Origin: Fibrobacteria bacterium
GTDB lineage: Bacteria > Fibrobacterota > Fibrobacteria > UBA11236 > JADFYW01
DNA: 64,000 bases
Reading direction: 5' to 3'
Assembly (NCBI GenBank): GCA_050294405.1
Contig: JBNKOC010000012.1
Coordinates: 32,001 to 96,000, forward strand
Part shown: piece after piece, positions 29,459 through 39,581 of the stretch
How the letters are laid out: every line of letters starts with the position of its first letter
Position numbering within the stretch: the first letter of the stretch is position 1
Notes under the pieces: model-generated
Databases searched by the model: none
What the model saw: only the letters and a program-made list of their open reading frames with translations
Told to the model about the DNA's origin: nothing
Program-made: the position numbers and the translations under genes

Positions 29459-31615
29459 TTATTCCGGGTGGTTAAATTCAAAGAAGATAACTCCGGGGCA
29501 TTTGCCTTCCCTTGATTTAAGGTAATCCAGAAAGGGCTCTTCTGAAACTTTTTTATGATTGCTGCTGGCATGCCTTAAAATAGGGTTTTTGCCGTCTGTT
29601 ACATCGAGAAAACCGGTGTGGCTTACCCAGAGCCAATCGATTTTAGTCACAAAGGCCACTCCTAAAAAGCGTTTTCCGTATTTCCAGTTTTTGGCAATTT
29701 CCTGAGCCTTTTCCATGGACACCACGGGAACCTGCACTGCGGGGTCTGCCAAGGGATATTCCAAATCTTTCATTTTGAAAAACTTTTTTTTGCCCATAGT
29801 TCTGGTTTGCAATTCATCTTTGCCGGGAAAGCGGAATATGCGCGCATATTGGGGACTGTTTAAAACCCAGTCCTGAATAAAAAAATGTTTACGATTAATG
29901 TAACTCACGCTGTCTCCCATGTATCGGATGCGCTGCATATTTAGCAGCAACTCATCGGGGTTTTTGGACATGGCAAGGCCCATGCTAGACTCAATATAGG
30001 TTACGCAATCAAAGCGGTTTAAATCCATAAGGGGCTTGTCGTCAATAACGCCATTGCGGCCTTCTCCTGTTGGTCCCAGGTAATAGGGGCTCCCCATTAA
30101 AACTTTGGAAAAATATTGTAAGCGGTCCATATACATTTTTGGGATTTTTTTGGCCTGGTACAGTTCAGCTGCTTTTTGGTACCCTGCCCGTTCGGAATTG
30201 GCCCAGCTTGCCGTAGCGGTAATGAGGGAATCAATGAGTTGCCCTGCTTTTCTAGCCGAGCCCCTGAAGCCATTGATGAAAAAGCTAAAACTAAGTGTGT
30301 CGTTGTCATCGCTAAAAACAAAACCGCACAGGCCTTGAACGGGGTCGATATATCCGGTTTTCATTTTAACCAGGCCGTTTAAAGCGTTTAATCTGTAGGA
30401 ACGGTTGCCGTGAATTCCGGGAGTGGCGAGGCTTTTAATGTAATCGGTAAAATAGGGTTGAGAACTCATTTTGTGAAGATACATGGCCATGTTACGAGGC
30501 TTTATGCGATTTAAATGGGAAAGCCCGCTTCCGTCATGTAATTGAAATTCGCTGCTGTCTAAATCCATGCTGTGAAGAAACTTTTTCACTTGTAATATTC
30601 CGTCTTCTGCAGAGCCATCGCCCCCTTGGCTTTTGGAGACATGCCTAAGTAAAATTTCGGCGTGTAAATTTTGGCTGCGCTGGTTTATATCTTCCATAAC
30701 ATTGGTTATGGGAACCGTTTGCAACTCCAGTGTTTTTATAGGTTTTGTTTTTTTATCAAATGGCGATTCTGATTTTTCAACTTTTATGCGGGCTTTTTCC
30801 AGGGCTTTTTCAAAGGCAATCCCAAAATACGCTTTTGGGTCGCGAACGGGTAAAGTACGGGACATTTCCGGGCTGTCTATTCCCATTTGGCCAGTGATAC
30901 TTAAAATGTTGTCTTCGGAGGACAATCCGTATTGCACCCGGTTTCTATGCCCAGAAACGGTGATGGCTTCATTTTCAATTTTAATGTATCCCACCTCAGG
31001 GATAATTTCCACCTGGACTTTTCCCTGAAGACTGCTGTCTGGTTTTATTTTTACGGTAAAGCAATTGTCATTATAACTCAAAGCTGAAACTTCAGCGCCA
31101 AACCAATGGTTAAAGTGCCGCTTTTTCCAATGGGGCGATTTTCGATAACCTCCAAAATAACTTTCGTCATAAATAAAATCGCCTTCAATTTTTTCTATTC
31201 CCAAAGCTTTTATTTTACTGGCCCACAAGTCCAAAACATAATTTTCGTTGGGGTAAAAACGGGCGGAAATGTTGGGGTCTCCTCCGCCTATAACCTGAAT
31301 GCTACCCTTTAAAATTTTGTTTTGGATGTTACCGTAAACATTGATTTTTGTTTTGGGAAAATAGTTCGGTTCGAGGTAATGGAAGCCGGCCCCCGTGGTG
31401 ATAATTTTTAAGCAGGAAGCGGGCGTATAAAAGGAGCTGTCTTCGTAATTCACAATCCATTTTTTTTGCTTGAAAGAATACAGGGAAAGCCCCAAGCGTC
31501 CACCTAAATCGAACTTCTCCTGCAAACGCATGTATTCGCCCATTAGTTTTTCCCGACCGCTTCCAGCAAAACCAAGGACCACAGAAAACAACAAGACTGA
31601 AAAAATTTTGATCAT
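29459..31615 (-). CDS. dacB: D-Ala-D-Ala carboxypeptidase/endopeptidase (PBP4, S13) fused to a DUF1460 amidase-like domain
   Basis: Signal peptide; PASCLK (SxxK), GGGDP, SQN, DGSGLS, KTG; C-terminal FDCVTYIE, RKHFF, SHTG, HASS. Confidence 0.87.
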   Translation of the reverse strand: MIKIFSVLLFSVVLGFAGSGREKLMGEYMRLQEKFDLGGRLGLSLYSFKQKKWIVNYEDSSFYTPASCLKIITTGAGFHYLEPNYFPKTKINVYGNIQNKILKGSIQVIGGGDPNISARFYPNENYVLDLWASKIKALGIEKIEGDFIYDESYFGGYRKSPHWKKRHFNHWFGAEVSALSYNDNCFTVKIKPDSSLQGKVQVEIIPEVGYIKIENEAITVSGHRNRVQYGLSSEDNILSITGQMGIDSPEMSRTLPVRDPKAYFGIAFEKALEKARIKVEKSESPFDKKTKPIKTLELQTVPITNVMEDINQRSQNLHAEILLRHVSKSQGGDGSAEDGILQVKKFLHSMDLDSSEFQLHDGSGLSHLNRIKPRNMAMYLHKMSSQPYFTDYIKSLATPGIHGNRSYRLNALNGLVKMKTGYIDPVQGLCGFVFSDDNDTLSFSFFINGFRGSARKAGQLIDSLITATASWANSERAGYQKAAELYQAKKIPKMYMDRLQYFSKVLMGSPYYLGPTGEGRNGVIDDKPLMDLNRFDCVTYIESSMGLAMSKNPDELLLNMQRIRYMGDSVSYINRKHFFIQDWVLNSPQYARIFRFPGKDELQTRTMGKKKFFKMKDLEYPLADPAVQVPVVSMEKAQEIAKNWKYGKRFLGVAFVTKIDWLWVSHTGFLDVTDGKNPILRHASSNHKKVSEEPFLDYLKSREGKCPGVIFFEFNHPE

Positions 31616-31623
31616 GTATGGAC

Positions 31624-32928
31624 TTAAGATTGCGATAGGGCCGCAAAATCCTCAAAGTATTTTGGATAGGTTTTTGATACACAATGGGGGTTTAGAATAT
31701 GAACCGCCACCCCTCCCAAGGCGACAAGAGAAAAGCACATGGCCATGCGGTGGTCGTTATAAGTTTCAATTTCAGCTTCTAAAAATCGCTGTGGAGGAGT
31801 GATTTCAATAAAATCTTCGCCCTCCACCACATTAGCGCCAATCTTTTTAAGCTCTGTGGACATGGCTTTTAAACGGTCTGTTTCTTTCAGACGCCAATTG
31901 TATATGCCCTCAATTCTGCTGGTTCCTTTGGCAAAACAGGCAGCAATGGCTAGGGTCATGCCTGTATCCGACATTTTATCCGCATTGTGACGTATGCCCT
32001 TAAGAGGGGCCTTGGCAACTGTTATTGAATTTTCCTCTATTTGTACTTTGGCTCCCATGTCCTTTAAAGCCAAGGCAAAACGGCCTTCACTTTTAAATTG
32101 CAGGCTTTTGCTGCCGATTCCCCGAACAGTGACCTGTCCTCCTGCGATGGCTGCTGCCGCCATAAAATAGCTGGCTGAAGAAGCATCTGGTTCTATGTAG
32201 TAACTATCGGGGTTTTGGTACCCAAAAGGCTTTTCTAAAACAAAATGATTGGAATTTTTCTCCTGAACATCCACCCCGAATTGTTTCATAACATCCAGGG
32301 TGATATCAATATAAGGCCGGGAAACCAGTTCTCCTTCAATTTGAATTTCGCTGCTTTTTTGGGTTAAGGGCATGGTCATTAAGAGAGCGGATAAAAACTG
32401 GCTGGATAGGTTTCCCCTGACTTTGGTCAACCCTCCTGAAATTCCCTCAGTATCAATACATATGGGAAGGGCTTTTGGATTTTCCAAAAAACGCACCATA
32501 GGGGTTTTTCCCACAGGACTCCAATGTTCCAAAGCTTCCACCAGGTCATTAATGGGCCTTTCCCTTAAGCGGGGAATTCCATCCAATGTATACCGGCCTT
32601 TACCTGCGCAAAGCAGAGATGTTAAAAAACGCGAAGCGGTGCCGGAGTTGCCAAGATGTAAGTTGATATCTTTTTCCAGTTGTACCGGGCCACCCAACCC
32701 CTTAATTCTCAGAGTATCGTCTTCCTGCTGTATGGAAAGCCCCATGTTTTTAAGGGCAGATAACATAAGCTGAACATCTTCCCCATCGGGAAGGTTAAAC
32801 ACATGGCACTGGCCTTTGGCAAGGGCGGATAAAGCTAAAGCCCGGTTGGCGATGGATTTTGAGCCCGGAGGAGAGACTTCTCCCATAAACATTGGCACGG
32901 GAGAAAGCGTTAATTTTTGCAAGTTCAT
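31624..32928 (-). CDS. aroA: 3-phosphoshikimate 1-carboxyvinyltransferase
   Basis: PGSKSIANR, LGNSGTA, SSQFLS, RLKETDR, DHRMAM and KTYP motifs. Confidence 0.97.
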   Translation of the reverse strand: MNLQKLTLSPVPMFMGEVSPPGSKSIANRALALSALAKGQCHVFNLPDGEDVQLMLSALKNMGLSIQQEDDTLRIKGLGGPVQLEKDINLHLGNSGTASRFLTSLLCAGKGRYTLDGIPRLRERPINDLVEALEHWSPVGKTPMVRFLENPKALPICIDTEGISGGLTKVRGNLSSQFLSALLMTMPLTQKSSEIQIEGELVSRPYIDITLDVMKQFGVDVQEKNSNHFVLEKPFGYQNPDSYYIEPDASSASYFMAAAAIAGGQVTVRGIGSKSLQFKSEGRFALALKDMGAKVQIEENSITVAKAPLKGIRHNADKMSDTGMTLAIAACFAKGTSRIEGIYNWRLKETDRLKAMSTELKKIGANVVEGEDFIEITPPQRFLEAEIETYNDHRMAMCFSLVALGGVAVHILNPHCVSKTYPKYFEDFAALSQS

Positions 32929-32929
32929 A

Positions 32930-34108
32930 TTAATTGTTATCCCGCCCCAGACTCTGTAAATTGCGGTACCCCCGGTTTTCCATGGCCATTACAAGTTCCC
33001 GATTCATTTTGGCAATGGCATTGTATCGGTAAGCCATAACCGTATAACACTGGACAGCATCCGCACCGGCCTCTAGTAAATCCAGCACTTTCTCTCCATG
33101 GTCAATGCCCCCCACGGCCAGTAAAGAGAGTTGGGGCAGTTGTTTTTTAATGTATCGAATAGCCGGAAGGGTGTTTTTATACAGGATACGCCCGGATATT
33201 CCTCCTTTTCTGCCGTCCGCTGCCACAGGCAGTATTTTATCTTCGGGAGTATTCATTTCCAGGTATTTTGCCCTTCCCGCCGGAAAGGTGTTAAAAAGCA
33301 CTAATCCGGTGACTTCATTGTCAGCGATTATTTGCAGGGTATCCTGCAATAGTTTTTGACTCATATCAGGGGATAGCTTTACAAACACAGCTTTACGAGG
33401 GGCCAGGGATTTGCGAAAGCTCATAATTTCTTTAAGCAGGCTTTCCAAAAATCCCTTGTGCAAATCAATTCTGTCTACTCCGGTATTAGGGCAACTCACA
33501 TTTATTTCCACATAGTCTGCGGCCCGGTAAGCTTTGCGAAATGCTGCTAGCATATCTTTTATCATTTGGTCGTTTTGAGTTAAACCTGGAGTTTCAGCGA
33601 TGCTGATTCCCAGAGACATTTTTCTGCGGTGGCAAAGTCCCAGGTTAAAATCCACTGCATGGGCAATGGCCTCAATACCGGGGTTATTGAGGCCCATAGA
33701 GTTATTAATGGCAAAGTCTTCGGGCAACATTCTAACACGGGGCCGAAAAGGATTTCCTAAATGGGGATTAATGGTGGCTGAACCCACAGTAACGCCTCCA
33801 AATCCAAGCGCAGGAAAGTAACGCAGATTTTTTCCAGCTTTATTCCCACCTGCCGATAAAATTATTGGGGAGGCCATAGTAATTGGCATGGAACGGTCTT
33901 TAAATTGAAGGGTTTTTTCCAGCTTTTGAGGCGCAAAGTGCCTTGGCGGAATTAAGCTTTTTAAATGTGCGTACAAGGGCAGCAAATCATGGCGGGATTC
34001 TGGATTAGAGATGATTTTTTTAATTAACTCAAGGCCCGCATCTCCGATTGTGCGCTTGTATTCGTAATGAGTTACCATAGAATTTGAATTGTCCATAACA
34101 TTGGGCAT
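32930..34108 (-). CDS. pyrD: Dihydroorotate dehydrogenase
   Basis: GNPFRPR, NSMGLNNPG, INVSCPNT, VKLSPD, GGISG, VGGI and AGADAVQ motifs. Confidence 0.85.
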   Translation of the reverse strand: MPNVMDNSNSMVTHYEYKRTIGDAGLELIKKIISNPESRHDLLPLYAHLKSLIPPRHFAPQKLEKTLQFKDRSMPITMASPIILSAGGNKAGKNLRYFPALGFGGVTVGSATINPHLGNPFRPRVRMLPEDFAINNSMGLNNPGIEAIAHAVDFNLGLCHRRKMSLGISIAETPGLTQNDQMIKDMLAAFRKAYRAADYVEINVSCPNTGVDRIDLHKGFLESLLKEIMSFRKSLAPRKAVFVKLSPDMSQKLLQDTLQIIADNEVTGLVLFNTFPAGRAKYLEMNTPEDKILPVAADGRKGGISGRILYKNTLPAIRYIKKQLPQLSLLAVGGIDHGEKVLDLLEAGADAVQCYTVMAYRYNAIAKMNRELVMAMENRGYRNLQSLGRDNN

Positions 34109-34196
34109 GGACTGCTAAAATAAAAAAAAAATGAAATGGGGTTTAATGATTTAGAAAATACTCGAAGCTATCTGAAAATAAATTCTGAACCGGGTT

Positions 34197-35105
34197 TTAC
34201 TTAATTCTTTTTCCGTTTTTCCAAAATTCATTTTTTCCATATGGGTGCATAATAGCCGGCCCGTCATCCCGGTGCAATTTGCCTTTGTAATACCATTTCA
34301 TGGTATTATCGGGTTCTATTATAGCCGGCCCGTCACGCCTTGAAAGTTTGCCGTACACATACCAGGCCTTGTAGCCATTGGTGCTGTCAATGGCAGGTCC
34401 GTTTACCCTGTGGAGCCTTCCATCCAAGTAGTACTCTTCCACTACCCCGGGTACCATAACTGCCGGTTTTCCATTAAGACGGGAGCGTTTACCATTAATC
34501 CACCATTCTTTATGCCCGTTGTCGTACTCGATTGCAGGCAAATCATCCAGGCGGTGCAGTTTATCTTCAAAATACCATTCAAATCCATCGTCGTTTTTAA
34601 CCGCTGGTTTTCCTTTGGAGCGGTGGAGTAAGCCATCTTTAAAATAGGCAAAATTGCCATTGGCCCATTCAATAGCAGGTTTTTTCTTGCGGTGGAGCTT
34701 GCCTTCCCAGTACCACATTTTTCGCCCATCGGGCATGATAACTGCGGGTTTTTTCTTTCTGTGTCGCTTGCCGTGGACCCAATATTCTACGCGCCCGTCT
34801 TTCCACTCTAACGCAGGTTTTTTTTTGCGATGTAACTGGCCTTCTATATAATATTCTTTGCCCCCGTCAGCGTATATGATAGCCGGTTTTTCATCATCGC
34901 GATGGAGTTTGCCGTTTTTGTGCCATTCTCTGTGGCCATTTACCTTTTTAACGGAGGGCTCATCTTTTTCGCTGTGAAGCTTGCCGTTTAAATAAGTGCG
35001 TTCTGTTCCGAATTTATCCGTTAACTTTCTTATACCAGCTGCGCTGGAAAGAGACCATAAAAATATTACGGCACTGAAAGCCAGAGTAAAAACTTTGGGG
35101 TTCAT
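34197..35105 (-). CDS. Secreted protein built from about 11 LHRxxGPA-type repeats
   Basis: Signal peptide (…SLSSA-A), then ~23-24-aa units of the form W/Y-x-x-G-K-L-H-R-x-x-G/K-P-A. Confidence 0.85.
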   Translation of the reverse strand: MNPKVFTLAFSAVIFLWSLSSAAGIRKLTDKFGTERTYLNGKLHSEKDEPSVKKVNGHREWHKNGKLHRDDEKPAIIYADGGKEYYIEGQLHRKKKPALEWKDGRVEYWVHGKRHRKKKPAVIMPDGRKMWYWEGKLHRKKKPAIEWANGNFAYFKDGLLHRSKGKPAVKNDDGFEWYFEDKLHRLDDLPAIEYDNGHKEWWINGKRSRLNGKPAVMVPGVVEEYYLDGRLHRVNGPAIDSTNGYKAWYVYGKLSRRDGPAIIEPDNTMKWYYKGKLHRDDGPAIMHPYGKNEFWKNGKRIK

Positions 35106-35347
35106 GAGTTAATCATGCTCCTATTTGGACCCACAAATCAAGTGTTTAGCTGTGACAGCTTTGAAAAAATAATTCAAAATTTTAAAGACTACCCAATTAT
35201 GGGCTAATTTAACAATTTCAAGTAATATAGAATTCCGCAGCCACGGCTCCTATTTCCCTATCTTCAAATTAAATTCTCCTGCCTTTTATAGAAGCTAAAA
35301 GGGCAAAATTTTCAGAATTTTTTCCTTAGTTTTATTAATTTTTCGCC

Positions 35348-36034
35348 ATGATCCAAAAGAGCGAATTTATTCGATTTATGCTAGAATGCCAGGTGCTTCA
35401 ATTTGGCGATTTCACCACAAAAAGCGGAAGAAAAACTCCCTATTTTATAAATACTGGGCTCTATAAAACAGGCAGGCAATTGGCTCGGCTTGGAGAGTTT
35501 TACGCCGATAAAATTTGGGAAGTTTACGCTTCGAAAAATATTACAAACATATTTGGCCCAGCTTACAAAGGTATTCCCATTGGCACTTCCACTAGTGAAG
35601 CCCTTTATCGAAAATACGGCTTAGAAACCACAGTGAGTTTTAACCGCAAAGAAATGAAAGACCATGGGGAAGGTGGCTGGCTTTTGGGTCACAGCTATGG
35701 GAAAACTGAGGACAAAGACAGGGTGCTGATTGTGGAAGATGTAACCACCGCCGGAACTTCCATTCGGGAAAACCTACCAGGCATATTAAAATATCCCAAT
35801 ACGGAAGTATTAGGTTTGGTGGTTTCTGTGGATAGAATGGAAAAAGGAAAAGGAGATTTGCCCGCTTTGGTCGAATTGCAAAAAGAATTCGGCATCGAAA
35901 CCCACAGCATCATTGATTTTAATGATCTATTGGATTTTTTAAAGCAAGACGAAAAGGCCAGCAGTCAATTGTCGGAGTACTTACCTAAAATGCTCGAGTA
36001 TAGGGAAAAGTATGGAGTTGTACCAAGCCTTTAA
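35348..36034 (+). CDS. pyrE: Orotate phosphoribosyltransferase
   Basis: FGDFTTKSGRKTPYF, FGPAYKGIP, RKEMKDHGEGG and VEDVTTAGTS motifs. Confidence 0.96.
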   Translation: MIQKSEFIRFMLECQVLQFGDFTTKSGRKTPYFINTGLYKTGRQLARLGEFYADKIWEVYASKNITNIFGPAYKGIPIGTSTSEALYRKYGLETTVSFNRKEMKDHGEGGWLLGHSYGKTEDKDRVLIVEDVTTAGTSIRENLPGILKYPNTEVLGLVVSVDRMEKGKGDLPALVELQKEFGIETHSIIDFNDLLDFLKQDEKASSQLSEYLPKMLEYREKYGVVPSL

Positions 36035-36059
36035 GCGTTTTTCAATTTTTAGAGTTAAT

Positions 36060-36095
36060 AAAAAAAGCGCCCTTTGAAGGGCGCCCTAAATTTTT
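36060..36095. terminator. Intrinsic terminator between convergent pyrE and htpG
   Basis: A-run followed by GCGCCCTT-TG-AAGGGCGC stem. Confidence 0.75.
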
Positions 36096-36108
36096 TAAAC
36101 AGGTTTTT

Positions 36109-38004
36109 TTACTTGGAAACCTGTTCTAAAAGGCCATTTACTTTTCGAACAAAACTTTGTGGATCTTTTATGGGAGAACCCTCGGCAAGCAATGCCTGAT
36201 CCAGCAAAATTTCACACCATTCTTTGATTTGAGGGTTATTGGAATCCGCCTCAAACTTTTCATTGATGTTTTTCAAAATAGGATGGCTTGGATTTATTTC
36301 CAGAATTCTCTTGGATTCGGAAACAGACTGGTTGGCCATTTTTAAAATCCGTTCCATGTTGGCACCCATATCCGCTTCGTCCGCCACCAGGCAAGTGGGA
36401 CTTCCCTTAAGACGAGTGGATACCCGCACTTCTTTTAAGGTATCTGCAAAGCTTTCCTGAATGAATTTGCTGAGTTTTTTAAATTTGGACTTGCCTTCTT
36501 TTTGTTCCTTTTTTTCTTCGGCACTTAATTTGCCCAAATCCAAATCGCCTTTGGCCACGCTTTTTAACTTTTTGCTTTCGTATTCGGTAACGCTTTGTAC
36601 GACCCACTCATCAATGGGGTCGATTAAATAAAGCACTTCGATGCCTTTGTCGTTGAAAACTTCCAAATGAGGACTGGCTTCAACGGCTTTGCGATTTTCA
36701 CCTGTTATGAAGTAAATATCTTCCTGGCCTTCCTTCATGTCCTTGATGTATTCATCCAGGCTGCGAAATTCGCCATCGGCAGTTTTTGTGGATTGAAAAC
36801 GAAGCAATTTTTTAAGTTCATCGAGGTTTTCCCAGTTCATGTGGAAGCCCTCTTTGAGTACGTTCCCAAATTCTTTCCAGAATTTTTTGTAGTCTTCGGG
36901 GTTCTTTTTGCCCATGGTTTCCAGCATGCCCAGTACTTTTTTAGTGGCTGCCTTCTGGATTTTGGACAAGACGGCATTTTGCTGCAGGATTTCTCTGGAG
37001 ACGTTAAGAGGCAAGTCTTCGGAATCCACAATGCCCTTTACAAAGCGCAAGTAATTGGGAAGCAGTTCTTTGCAGTCTTCCATGATAAATATGCGTTTCA
37101 CATAAAGGCTTAGTCCGTTGTGCTTTTCTGGCATCCATAAATCATATGGAGCTTTGGCGGGTATATACATCAAAGTGGTGTATTGCAAAGTGCCTTCCAC
37201 CTGGTTGTGAGAATAAGCCAGGGGGGCTTCGCTGTCAAAGCTGATATGTTTATAGAATTCTTCGTATTCTTCTTTTTTAATATCTGTTTTGGAACGACGC
37301 CAAATGGGAGGCTTGTCGTTTAAAATTTCTTCTTTGACTTCTTTTTTCTTATCGTCTCCTGTTTCCTCATCCATTGCAATGGGATGGGGCACAAAGCTGC
37401 TGTATTTTTTTACAATGGAACGGATTTTGTAATTCTCAAGGTATTCCTTGTCTTCATCCTTAATATGCAGGGTGATTTCAGTGCCGCGGCTTGGCTTATC
37501 ACACTCTTCCAGGGTGTAGCTGCCATCCCCGTTGGATTCCCATTTCATGGCTGGGTTTTCGGACCCTAGTCTTTTTGTTTTAAGAGTGACTTTGTCCGCA
37601 ACCATAAAGACCGAATAAAAGCCAACGCCGAATTGTCCGATAAGGCTGGCATCGCCCTTATTGTCTTTTAGCTTTTGCAAAAACTCTTTGGTGCCGGATT
37701 TTGCAATGGTTCCGATGTTAGTGATTATTTCTTCACGGGTCATTCCAATACCATTGTCTTTTATGGTAATGGTTTTTCCATCTTTGTCGCTTTCAATTTT
37801 AATTTTAAAATTTTGATCGTCTCCCAACAGCGCTATGTTAGTGAGAGATTCGATGCGAGCCTTATCAATCGCATCGGAAGCATTGGATACCAGCTCCCTT
37901 AAAAAAATGTCTTTATTGCTGTATAGGGAATGGATAACCAAATCCAGAACCTGTTTTACTTCAGCCTGGAACTCCAGTTTTTCTGCCATTTCAGTTTCAG
38001 CCAT
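36109..38004 (-). CDS. htpG: Chaperone HtpG (Hsp90)
   Basis: FLRELVSNASDA, IGQFGVGFYS and DLPLNVSRE motifs. Confidence 0.98.
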   Translation of the reverse strand: MAETEMAEKLEFQAEVKQVLDLVIHSLYSNKDIFLRELVSNASDAIDKARIESLTNIALLGDDQNFKIKIESDKDGKTITIKDNGIGMTREEIITNIGTIAKSGTKEFLQKLKDNKGDASLIGQFGVGFYSVFMVADKVTLKTKRLGSENPAMKWESNGDGSYTLEECDKPSRGTEITLHIKDEDKEYLENYKIRSIVKKYSSFVPHPIAMDEETGDDKKKEVKEEILNDKPPIWRRSKTDIKKEEYEEFYKHISFDSEAPLAYSHNQVEGTLQYTTLMYIPAKAPYDLWMPEKHNGLSLYVKRIFIMEDCKELLPNYLRFVKGIVDSEDLPLNVSREILQQNAVLSKIQKAATKKVLGMLETMGKKNPEDYKKFWKEFGNVLKEGFHMNWENLDELKKLLRFQSTKTADGEFRSLDEYIKDMKEGQEDIYFITGENRKAVEASPHLEVFNDKGIEVLYLIDPIDEWVVQSVTEYESKKLKSVAKGDLDLGKLSAEEKKEQKEGKSKFKKLSKFIQESFADTLKEVRVSTRLKGSPTCLVADEADMGANMERILKMANQSVSESKRILEINPSHPILKNINEKFEADSNNPQIKEWCEILLDQALLAEGSPIKDPQSFVRKVNGLLEQVSK

Positions 38005-38142
38005 AGTTCATCTCCTTCAAAGAAAATCAGCGAAATTTAGTTCTACCGGCATTAATTTATGCAATTAGGCATCTAGATCAAGGTTTTTGCAAAAATTTTG
38101 TTAAAATAGGCCCAGAGTAAATTTTAGCCCGGTATTTGTATA

Positions 38143-38823
38143 TTGTTTGAAATGAATAAAATAAGCCCAAATTTGTGTTTTTCCACAAAAATTTTTCCCA
38201 CAGTAGAGCATATTGCAGAATTTTGCGCCTCGGAAATGAAAGGCCCCAAAGTGGCTTTGTCCGGGGGTAGTACTTTTAAGGCACTTTTCAAAAGCTGGAA
38301 AGAAAAAGCGGAATTGGCCAAACTGGAGTATTTTCCAGTGGATGAGAGGCGTGTCCCCTTTGAAGATCCGGCCAATAATTGGGGTGTAGCGGCCAAAGAA
38401 TTTTTAATTCCGATATCGGCACAAAGTCAGGTAGAGCACCAGGCCGAATCAGGAAGACAGTATGAACAATTATTGCGAACCGCTTTTGGAGGAGATCCAG
38501 TTTTTGATGAGCTTTATTTGGGTATGGGGGATGATGGCCATACAGCATCTCTTTTCCCTGGCGGGCCCGAACTTTTGGATAAGGAGAGCTGGGTTTTGGA
38601 AAGTGTTTCTCCCAAGGCACCCGCAAATCGGGTGAGTCTGGGATTAAGGGCCTTGTGGGCCAGCCGAAAATTATGGTTAATTGCCACTGGGAGCGCAAAA
38701 GCTTCCATGGTAAAACGGTTATTGGAAGGAGACGAAAGCCTTCCTGCAACCCTTGCGTTAAAGGGCCACCGGGAACCGTTGGTATTGCTGGATGAGGATG
38801 CTGCGGCCCTATTAAAAGATTAA
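38143..38823 (+). CDS. pgl: 6-phosphogluconolactonase
   Basis: ALSGGST, VDERRVP and LGMGDDGHTASLFPG motifs; true start may be the ATG at 38152. Confidence 0.9.
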   Translation: MFEMNKISPNLCFSTKIFPTVEHIAEFCASEMKGPKVALSGGSTFKALFKSWKEKAELAKLEYFPVDERRVPFEDPANNWGVAAKEFLIPISAQSQVEHQAESGRQYEQLLRTAFGGDPVFDELYLGMGDDGHTASLFPGGPELLDKESWVLESVSPKAPANRVSLGLRALWASRKLWLIATGSAKASMVKRLLEGDESLPATLALKGHREPLVLLDEDAAALLKD

Positions 38824-38838
38824 ACTAAAGGAGATGTT

Positions 38839-39555
38839 ATGTTAAAGCTAATGTTAGTGTCATTAATGATATTTGGGGGCATGGTGAGCTGTGTTTCTTC
38901 CAAGGAACAAAAACAATTGGAGCAGCAAATCCAGGCGGTTCGCCAACAACAGGATTCGCTTATTGCCATTTTAAATACCATGAAAGATCAAACTAATTTT
39001 ATTGCTTATAAAGTGGGCTGGCGTCCTCCGGAAGATACCCTGCCAAAAGACATTCCCCTGGCTGGTTCCTATAGCCATGGTGCGGAAAAACCCGTGTTGA
39101 CTTTGGTGGAATTTTCTGATTTTCAATGCCCTTACTGCGCCCAGTTGTCACCGACTTTGGATTCTTTGGTTAGAACTTACCCCGAAAAAATCAAAGTGGT
39201 ATTTAAACACTTTCCTCTTAGCTTTCACAAGCAAGCCATGTCCGCCCATGCCGCCGCTCTTGCCGCAGGAAAACAAGGCCGCTTTTTTGATTACCGTTAC
39301 AAGTTGGCATCTAAATTCCGCAACTTAAACGATTCTGTATACATCGCTCTTGCCGAAGAAATTGGCTTGGATATGGAGGAGTTTAAAAAGGATATGCCAC
39401 TTACCAAAGATGTGGAATCTATTATTGACAAAGACAAAGATTTAGGAGTAAAAATCGGGGTCTCTGGAACACCCACATTATTTGCAAATGGTAAAAAAGT
39501 AAGAGACAGAAGTTTTGACGGGTTAGTGCAGCTTATGAAATCTTACGGCGGTTAA
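38839..39555 (+). CDS. DsbA-family thioredoxin-fold lipoprotein
   Basis: Lipobox MVSC; EFSDFQCPYC, KHFPL and GVSGTPT motifs. Confidence 0.88.
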   Translation: MLKLMLVSLMIFGGMVSCVSSKEQKQLEQQIQAVRQQQDSLIAILNTMKDQTNFIAYKVGWRPPEDTLPKDIPLAGSYSHGAEKPVLTLVEFSDFQCPYCAQLSPTLDSLVRTYPEKIKVVFKHFPLSFHKQAMSAHAAALAAGKQGRFFDYRYKLASKFRNLNDSVYIALAEEIGLDMEEFKKDMPLTKDVESIIDKDKDLGVKIGVSGTPTLFANGKKVRDRSFDGLVQLMKSYGG

Positions 39556-39581
39556 GGCTGCCTAAAATTTTTATTTAAAAT

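Noticed and set aside
34197..35105. Repetitive DNA that might be a CRISPR array
   Set aside because: The repeats are degenerate at DNA level and conserved only as in-frame protein repeats; there are no identical direct repeats with spacers and no cas genes.
36157..38068. Several 60-150-aa plus-strand ORFs antisense to htpG (and similar ones opposite gcvP, glyQS and aroA)
   Set aside because: Typical antisense shadows of conserved genes, with no recognisable motifs.
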